Below are positions 6,320-11,589 of a stretch of DNA of 11,589 bases, piece by piece. Origin of the DNA: an uncultured bacterium (GTDB taxonomy: Bacteria > CSSED10-310 > CAZUFC01). Both the position numbers and the translations under genes were made by a program. Position 1 is the first letter of the stretch. Each line of letters starts with the position of its first letter. Under the pieces are notes generated by a model, which was not told the DNA's origin, made no database searches, and worked only from the letters and a program-made list of their open reading frames with translations. The stretch covers positions 1 through 11,589 of the forward strand of contig CAZUFC010000195.1 in NCBI GenBank assembly GCA_964619725.1, given 5' to 3'.

Positions 6320-7698
6320 GATGCAGCCTCCTGTTTTTTCGGCGATACCCTATTACGATCATCCATTTTCATCTCACCGTTCATCTCACCGTTCATCAGA
6401 TGAAAATGACGCGGCTTTATCATTCCGTAGCGCCAGCCGTAGAGCTGGTAATCGATTTTTTCCTCGGAATCCTCGCCGATGACCAGCGCCGTGTTGTAGG
6501 CGCGGGGGAATATGGTCCTGTGAAGAGCGCAATCGTCAATCGACATGAAAACCACGCTGCTTTTCGGCTTTTTGTTTTGAGAATTCGGTGCAGAAGGCTT
6601 GATTTTTTTCTCTCGAGATTCCTTCATGAACGAATGCGAATGCCACCAGCCCAGCAGAATTTCCTGCTTGTCGCGGAGTTTGACGGCGTTGGACAGCGCG
6701 GCCCAGGTTTCATGAGTAAACGTCAGTTTGGTGACTTGAGATTCGGAATGTTCCGCGGGAATTTGCGCTGTAACAACCGCAGCGATTTCCGTAGAATCCT
6801 TTTCACAGCAGAGGCGGCCGATCAGGAAGCCCCCGGTTTCGGCGGTTCCTGCTCTTTTCGTCAAGTCAATCGCTTCATTCAATACGCTTTGCGGAATAAA
6901 AACGGGCATATCTTCCCGGTTTTCCTGTCCGATTAACCTGGAATTGTTCAACAAGGATTGAAACGTCGCCTCATGCACAGGCAACGGCGTAATTATTTCC
7001 CGATGCTTCATGCCCTCACACTTGTCCATTTTTCCAGTCTCCCCGGTCCCTGATTCCTTCGATTCATCCCCGTCTTCCGAATGGGGAAAGGCGGCAACCA
7101 TATAAAAGAAAAGACTCTCCTCTTCAAGCAATCCCGATTCCACGAAATAATAGGAAGCTCTCTGCGCCTGTCCTTCCAGGTAAATGACCGGTATCCTGCC
7201 GGAAAACGTTTCCTCGCCGTTTTCACCCCTGATGACCACCTCGAAACCTTCGGCATAGGGTTCGCCGAGCCTGGCATGCCAGACAGGCCGGACGCTGATT
7301 CGGTCGCGGACCATGATCGGCGGTATTTTGCCTTCCCGTATGGCCTTCATGACCGTCCATTCAATCGCCGGCTCCCAGTCCGGAACGACCGGCAATTGAC
7401 CGATACGGGTCTTGTCCGTTTTGTAAAAGTCCAACGAATATTGATAACCGTCTATCTTCATATGAACCACTCTCCTGTTTTGTTGATTTGTTTTATTATG
7501 GATGATTTCATTGATGATAGGGTGAATATTGAAACAGGGTTCACATTTTTTTTTCAGAAAAGCGTCCCGGCCCATCCAGGGAAAATTCTGCGGACAACAT
7601 ACGATACATTGCGCTGATCTGATTGCTTCGGTCCTCATCGGGTTTGTAAGGCCGGGCCTTCCGGTGAAAGATGAGCCGGACGCTTCTGATGGATTCAT
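6316..7698 (-). CDS. JAB/MPN+ (JAMM) metallo-isopeptidase with an uncharacterised N-terminal region
   Basis: ETGGFLIG, GWWHSH and FMSIDD supply the JAMM E/H/H/S/D residues. Two plausible starts: ATG 7698 (GAGGAG) and ATG 7461 (AGGAGAG, 8-nt spacer). The stop overlaps the ATPase start (ATGA, 6316-6319). Confidence 0.87.
   Translation of the reverse strand: MNPSEASGSSFTGRPGLTNPMRTEAIRSAQCIVCCPQNFPWMGRDAFLKKKCEPCFNIHPIINEIIHNKTNQQNRRVVHMKIDGYQYSLDFYKTDKTRIGQLPVVPDWEPAIEWTVMKAIREGKIPPIMVRDRISVRPVWHARLGEPYAEGFEVVIRGENGEETFSGRIPVIYLEGQAQRASYYFVESGLLEEESLFFYMVAAFPHSEDGDESKESGTGETGKMDKCEGMKHREIITPLPVHEATFQSLLNNSRLIGQENREDMPVFIPQSVLNEAIDLTKRAGTAETGGFLIGRLCCEKDSTEIAAVVTAQIPAEHSESQVTKLTFTHETWAALSNAVKLRDKQEILLGWWHSHSFMKESREKKIKPSAPNSQNKKPKSSVVFMSIDDCALHRTIFPRAYNTALVIGEDSEEKIDYQLYGWRYGMIKPRHFHLMNGEMNGEMKMDDRNRVSPKKQEAAS
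6368..6397 (-). repeat. 12-bp tandem duplication (2.5 copies) encoding MNGEMNGE in the JAB tail
   Basis: Plus strand: ttcatctcaccg ttcatctcaccg ttcatc. Confidence 0.8.
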
Positions 7699-7721
7699 CT
7701 TCGTGTGAACTCCTCAGCGAC

Positions 7722-8000
7722 TCAGCCTGCGTTGATGCGCGGATGCAGAACAAGGGAGTCGTCTTGTTCCAAGGTGTCGGAAACTATTTCCGATGGATTG
7801 AGATGACGTCCCTGGCGGTCCAGGAACGCCTGATAGGACAATGAGTTTCCATTCGGATCGTTTCGGGGTATGTTCATCTCGCTGACCATTTTTTCCACTA
7901 CTTCCTTGATGGAAGCATCAGAGGGTATATCGCTGAATTCCTCTTTTTTCTGTCCGGAAATATCGCTCGCTGTTATTTTTATTGTTGCTGACTCAGGCAT
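7722..8000 (-). CDS. Ubiquitin-like (beta-grasp) protein with exposed C-terminal glycine
   Basis: 92 aa with a ubiquitin/YukD-like pattern: strand IKITASD, strand KKEEF, helix SIKEVVEKMVSEM, then GRHLNPSEIVSDTLEQDDSLVL and PRINAG-stop. RBS is AAGGAG. It sits among E1, E2 and JAB genes. Confidence 0.82.
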   Translation of the reverse strand: MPESATIKITASDISGQKKEEFSDIPSDASIKEVVEKMVSEMNIPRNDPNGNSLSYQAFLDRQGRHLNPSEIVSDTLEQDDSLVLHPRINAG

Positions 8001-8043
8001 TTTACTTTTTCTCCTTTTTTATACGGTTGATATAAGTATTTGT

Positions 8044-8979
8044 TTAGTTTGAATCGAACGCTCCGCTGATCCTCAGATATTCACGCGCTGCCATTTCATG
8101 CTTCAACGCCTTCACCTCCTTTCCGCATAAACGGCATGCCACGGAAAGAGCGCAGAGCGCCTCGCTTATATGATCAGGTGATGGAACAAGACCTGTGAAT
8201 ACCTGTAAAGCGGTCTTGTTCGGCGAATCAGGCGACTGGACAAGGCATACGGCCCTGACCATTTTTACCAGTCCTGAAACTTTGAGGAGCAGTAATCCTG
8301 CGGCTTTTTCGCCTTCGGAGGAGAGTTCTGATGCGTCGAGAATATCGACCTGGAGGATGCTTCCGCCGCCGTTTTCATCTTTTTTTAGTCTTGCCTGGAA
8401 GAACCCGCCGGGGACATCGAGTTTCACGATTATGTCTGCTGAATGTTCTGAAACCGTCCAATCGATGTTTTTTATCAGAGTGTTAATATCATTTTTCCAT
8501 TCGTCGGAAAGGACTTGCTCCGGTTTCCGGCCAGTTTTTATGTTCGCCGTTTTTGCGGAATTTAGTTTGCTCTTCATTTCTCCGGTTTTTATCCAGGCGT
8601 TCCGAAATTCGGTCAGGATGTTCCGTATAGTATGGCCGAAATCATCCGAGTTGGTTTTTACAGGCATTTCCATGCGAAGATGAATTGAGGGGACGGCCCC
8701 GGAGACGACGATTTTGCATCCGCCGGGTAGAAGGGGGTTCAGAGTCAGAAGGCTACAGAGTATTTCAGGTTTTAATTTTCCTTTTTGATGGAAGCAGTTT
8801 AACGGGGCATCCAGCATAAACCATTTGTCCTGGATGCGTGCGGTCGCCTCCGGGTTTTTACCGTCCAGAGTGAAGCGCCATTCGTTCCTGGAACAAAAGG
8901 TGGGGTCGAAGCCTGCTTCTTCCAGGTATTGCGTAACGGACTCGTTTCGTTCGAGGTATTTTAAAGGCATGATGTTCAT
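8044..8979 (-). CDS. Hypothetical protein, possibly tandem YbjN/CesT-like (T3SS chaperone fold) domains
   Basis: 311 aa, with an ATGA overlap with the E2 stop (8976-8979). Two halves separated by a Lys-rich linker each show a helix-3 strands-helix-2 strands-helix hydrophobicity pattern (LLTLNPLLPGGCKI; LLLKVSGLVKMVRA). The CDS is well supported; the fold is only an inference. Confidence 0.6.
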   Translation of the reverse strand: MNIMPLKYLERNESVTQYLEEAGFDPTFCSRNEWRFTLDGKNPEATARIQDKWFMLDAPLNCFHQKGKLKPEILCSLLTLNPLLPGGCKIVVSGAVPSIHLRMEMPVKTNSDDFGHTIRNILTEFRNAWIKTGEMKSKLNSAKTANIKTGRKPEQVLSDEWKNDINTLIKNIDWTVSEHSADIIVKLDVPGGFFQARLKKDENGGGSILQVDILDASELSSEGEKAAGLLLLKVSGLVKMVRAVCLVQSPDSPNKTALQVFTGLVPSPDHISEALCALSVACRLCGKEVKALKHEMAAREYLRISGAFDSN

Positions 8980-9509
8980 TTTTTCACCGTTTCATTTTTT
9001 TGCATGGTTCGTGTCAACGGACTGCGGTCAACGGGGAAGATTTGCGTATTGTTGCGCGCCCATTCGCATGCTTCCGCATTAAGGGCATCATTCTCATTCA
9101 TGGTGACGTTGTTGAACGTAATTATTTCGAATAACTGGTAGAGGATTTCCGTCAGGGCAGTTCCCGGCTTAAGTTTACCGGCGCAAACGAAGGGGGCGTG
9201 ATAAGTGATGTTGGGATGCCAGACGTGCGGCGGCGACATCCAGGTCAGAATCTGATAAGGATCGCAACGCCGGAGGTAATCGGAAGGAAAATATATTCCG
9301 ACAAGGAATTTTTCAGCCTTTTCGACTTGGCCCGAGGGCAGTTTGACCAGCCCCCGGCAATTATAACAGGCGATATAACGCTGATATGGGTAACGACCGA
9401 TGGCCGATAATTCAAGAATGTCGGATTTTTCTGCCAGTCGCATTCCCTCTTTGTGCTGCTGATTTATAAAATTAGTAAAAACCTTGTCCGTCATGACGTT
9501 AGAAGTCAT
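8976..9509 (-). CDS. Ubiquitin-conjugating enzyme (E2/UBC fold)
   Basis: IYFPSDY, WHPNI followed by a Cys (HPNITYHAPFVC), helix LTEILYQLFEII, and DALNAEA (cf. UBC DPLNxEAA). The start is probably ATG 9509, 6 nt after GGAGG; ATG 9515 abuts the RBS. Confidence 0.88.
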   Translation of the reverse strand: MTSNVMTDKVFTNFINQQHKEGMRLAEKSDILELSAIGRYPYQRYIACYNCRGLVKLPSGQVEKAEKFLVGIYFPSDYLRRCDPYQILTWMSPPHVWHPNITYHAPFVCAGKLKPGTALTEILYQLFEIITFNNVTMNENDALNAEACEWARNNTQIFPVDRSPLTRTMQKNETVKK

Positions 9510-9593
9510 AACCATCCTCCTTTGCTTATGGAGCCGTTTAACCCGGCTCGCATTAGACCTGGCCGGTATTTCATCTCAAACATGCCTGCCGGT

Positions 9594-10694
9594 TCATAAT
9601 TCATAGTATTGCTCCGTACGAAGGTCGCTGATCGAGAATACGTCGGACTTAAGGAATCCGAGTGAATCGAGAGAGCGCTGGAAAAAATAGGGAGGTATTT
9701 CCGTGCAGGCCAGGTAATCCAGGAGATCGAAACCGAGGGTTTCCAAACGGGCGCCGCATGAGGCGCAGGTGATCATTTCCGGGTTCAAACGATTGCGAAG
9801 TCGCAGGAGGGGCTTTTCAGAACCGCATCCGGGGCATACCAGGCGAGTCGCGAATTGAACGGGACCGCAGAACCTGATGTAATTTCCGTTGAAGCTCTTC
9901 CTTTCAGGCATTAACAGTTGATAAGCCTGATTCAGCGTGAATTCAGCGGGATCGACGTTCAATTTTTCTACTCTTCGAATGTGATGGTCGAATCGACATG
10001 AAGCGTTGGGGAACATTTTCACCACGTGGTATTTATGGTTCATGGCATCGATGAGGACTTTTCTGCCTATCAGCGCCTTATCACTGGAGCCGTTCAGCAG
10101 TTTTTCGCATTCGACGGCCTGAATGGAAGCGGCAAACGCCCCCAGGCTTGAAGTCCCGTTAGTGGACGCCGGCCCGTCTTCGGGTTCGGCTACACGGCAA
10201 GGATAACGTTGTTCCAGAAGATCATAATCCTCAGAAGACCAGGAGCATTCCAGGCAGGGGGCTGCCGGACCGGGAGCATAGATTTCTACTCGCATGAGCA
10301 TATCCGCCGGCGATACTCCTGCATCGATGTAAGGAACGCCGTTCAGAAGCCAGGAAGACTGGTTTAAATACTGCCTGGCTTCGTTGTTGTCCAGGCAGCC
10401 TGCTATGACGTCTGCCCTGAGTTTACCCAGCGGGACGTTTTGAACCTTGTCCACGACCGATTCCACTTCTAGACCGGGATTGATCTCCCTGAGACGTTCC
10501 GCCTGCACTTCTGCCTTGGCTCTTCCTACATCAGAGCTTCTTATGTCCTGCGATTTCAGGTTTTTAATTTCATAGCCGTCAGGATCGATTAAAGTGACCT
10601 TTTTTACTTCCTTCATCCGGCCAAGATGCGACACAAAATAAGAACCTATATTGCCGCAACCTGCCGCCAAAACTGTTTTGCCTTCTCTTCTCAT
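9594..10694 (-). CDS. E1-like (ThiF/MoeB family) adenylating enzyme with a C-terminal zinc-ribbon extension
   Basis: GCGNIG nucleotide-binding loop, IDPD...NLKSQ, GRAKA, CLDN..AR, CLEC, candidate catalytic Cys166 (RYPC), and an additional CPGC...CASC pair. RBS is AAGGAG. Confidence 0.92.
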   Translation of the reverse strand: MRREGKTVLAAGCGNIGSYFVSHLGRMKEVKKVTLIDPDGYEIKNLKSQDIRSSDVGRAKAEVQAERLREINPGLEVESVVDKVQNVPLGKLRADVIAGCLDNNEARQYLNQSSWLLNGVPYIDAGVSPADMLMRVEIYAPGPAAPCLECSWSSEDYDLLEQRYPCRVAEPEDGPASTNGTSSLGAFAASIQAVECEKLLNGSSDKALIGRKVLIDAMNHKYHVVKMFPNASCRFDHHIRRVEKLNVDPAEFTLNQAYQLLMPERKSFNGNYIRFCGPVQFATRLVCPGCGSEKPLLRLRNRLNPEMITCASCGARLETLGFDLLDYLACTEIPPYFFQRSLDSLGFLKSDVFSISDLRTEQYYEL

Positions 10695-10713
10695 GTCCCT
10701 CTCCTTAAATTTT

Positions 10714-11286
10714 TCAAAGAGTTTCCGGGGTCCACCTGTAACCGGAATTTAAATCAGTGTTCTGATCGCAAAGCGCGCATTTTTCAGCATAGGTCCAGCA
10801 GGGAAGTTCTTCCGTTTCATGATGCCAAACAGAACAGTCTGGATTAGGACAGCGAACAGCCGTCGTTCCCGTTTCAATCTCCTGCTTGCAGCGAGGACAG
10901 AACACTTTCCTGCCCAATTCCGGCAAAGGCGCTTTCCGCGCAAGACGCTCGCCGGAAAAGAAAAAACGACCGGCATCCTTCAGCATGATTTCATCACGGT
11001 CAGACAATTCTTTGATCCCGGTCATCAGGGGGATGCCGTTGACGGAAACGTCGTTCGCATTCTTGCTCATCAGGAGCCAGTTTTCCTTTTGACTTTTTCC
11101 TGATTTTGAATCCGACCGGATCAGAATGACTGTACCGTTTTCCATTCCCGAATTATCGCTTTCCGCCTGCACCGCTTGCACCGCGTGGTTTTTTAAGTGA
11201 AATCTGTCATGTGCATCCAGAACGGCCAGAGCCCATTCACGTTCCTGTTCGTTCCCGTTTTTTGTTTCTTTCCATAAATGAGCCAT
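10714..11286 (-). CDS. Degenerate FHA domain plus prokaryotic RING-like zinc finger (candidate E3)
   Basis: WLLMSKNANDVSVNG...ELSDRDEIML matches the C-terminal half of an FHA domain. CPRC-x12-CPNPDC-SVWHH-x6-CW-x5-CALC is a binuclear treble-clef/RING-type pattern. GAGGAGG lies 6 nt before ATG 11286 (the ORF track start is 11301). Confidence 0.75.
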   Translation of the reverse strand: MAHLWKETKNGNEQEREWALAVLDAHDRFHLKNHAVQAVQAESDNSGMENGTVILIRSDSKSGKSQKENWLLMSKNANDVSVNGIPLMTGIKELSDRDEIMLKDAGRFFFSGERLARKAPLPELGRKVFCPRCKQEIETGTTAVRCPNPDCSVWHHETEELPCWTYAEKCALCDQNTDLNSGYRWTPETL

Positions 11287-11536
11287 TATCAACCTCCTCA
11301 TACATACAGACGCGACCCGCCATTTTTTTTTCAGCTTTATTCGAATAAATTCTCATGTTTTGAAGCTCCCTTTCCACTCGGGTTGTCGCGTCAATAGTAT
11401 TGGATGCTTTTGCAACGAAAAATTTCAGTTGGGGGCGTTTTTTTTTATTTTTTGGGTAATCAGAAAAGCCAGCTTCTGGAAACAAAAACGAAGATTCTGG
11501 AAAAAGAGCTTGCAGTTTTTATGTTTGTCGGTGGGA

Positions 11537-11577
11537 CCTCACCCCCCGGCCCCCTCTCCATGAATGGAGAGGGGGAG
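11537..11577. repeat. REP-like palindromic element (CCTCACCCC...CCCCCTCTCC-loop-GGAGAGGGGG)
   Basis: Perfect inverted repeat: ccccctctccat (11550-11561) and atggagaggggg (11564-11575), preceded by cctcacccccc. Confidence 0.65.
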
Positions 11578-11589
11578 TCAGATTGGGTT

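Noticed and set aside
9531-9549. Hairpin gagccg-N7-cggctc between E1 and E2 as a terminator
   Set aside because: The stem is only 6 bp with no U tract, and it abuts the E2 RBS region. At most it is a stability or translation element.
7722-10694. ThiF/MoeB plus ThiS/MoaD sulfur-carrier pathway for cofactor biosynthesis
   Set aside because: No thiamine, molybdopterin or cysteine-synthesis genes and no rhodanese domain are present. An HPN-Cys E2 and a RING-like protein point to protein conjugation.
709-11103. Plus-strand and alternate-frame ORFs (e.g. 888-1331, 3231-3722, 3524-4078, 6400-6936, 7081-7617, 8195-8683)
   Set aside because: They are shadows of well-supported minus-strand genes and show no recognisable domains.
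11302-11536. Promoter for the cluster
   Set aside because: TTGCAA, TTGACG and TACTAT hexamers occur on the minus strand, but none pair at a credible spacing. No convincing sigma-54 or ECF motif was seen.
11237-11563. ORFs 11237-11485 (-) and 11360-11563 (+)
   Set aside because: They are low-complexity translations of the AT-rich upstream region and the palindrome, with no motifs.
1-11589. CRISPR array, tRNA/rRNA, transposase/integrase, 20S proteasome subunits
   Set aside because: No repeat-spacer periodicity, structural RNA signature or matching ORF was seen.

Overview
All credible genes lie on the minus strand. From about 11286 down to 2182 there is a co-directional cluster combining two protein-tagging pathways that are normally separate. 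The first is a ubiquitin-like conjugation set: degenerate-FHA plus RING-like zinc finger (candidate E3), ThiF/E1, UBC/E2, an unknown 311-aa protein, a beta-grasp Ubl ending in ...NAG, and a JAB/MPN+ isopeptidase. The second is a pupylation set: an ARC/Mpa-type AAA+ ATPase, one PafA/Dop-family enzyme with mixed signatures, and a 66-aa Pup-like tag ending in QQGGQ. No 20S proteasome genes are in the window. Downstream is a translationally coupled pair: an ECF sigma factor and a soluble anti-sigma-like protein with two zinc-binding motifs. A GC-rich palindromic element lies upstream of the cluster. All calls come from motif recognition by eye against remembered consensus sequences; no database searches were run.
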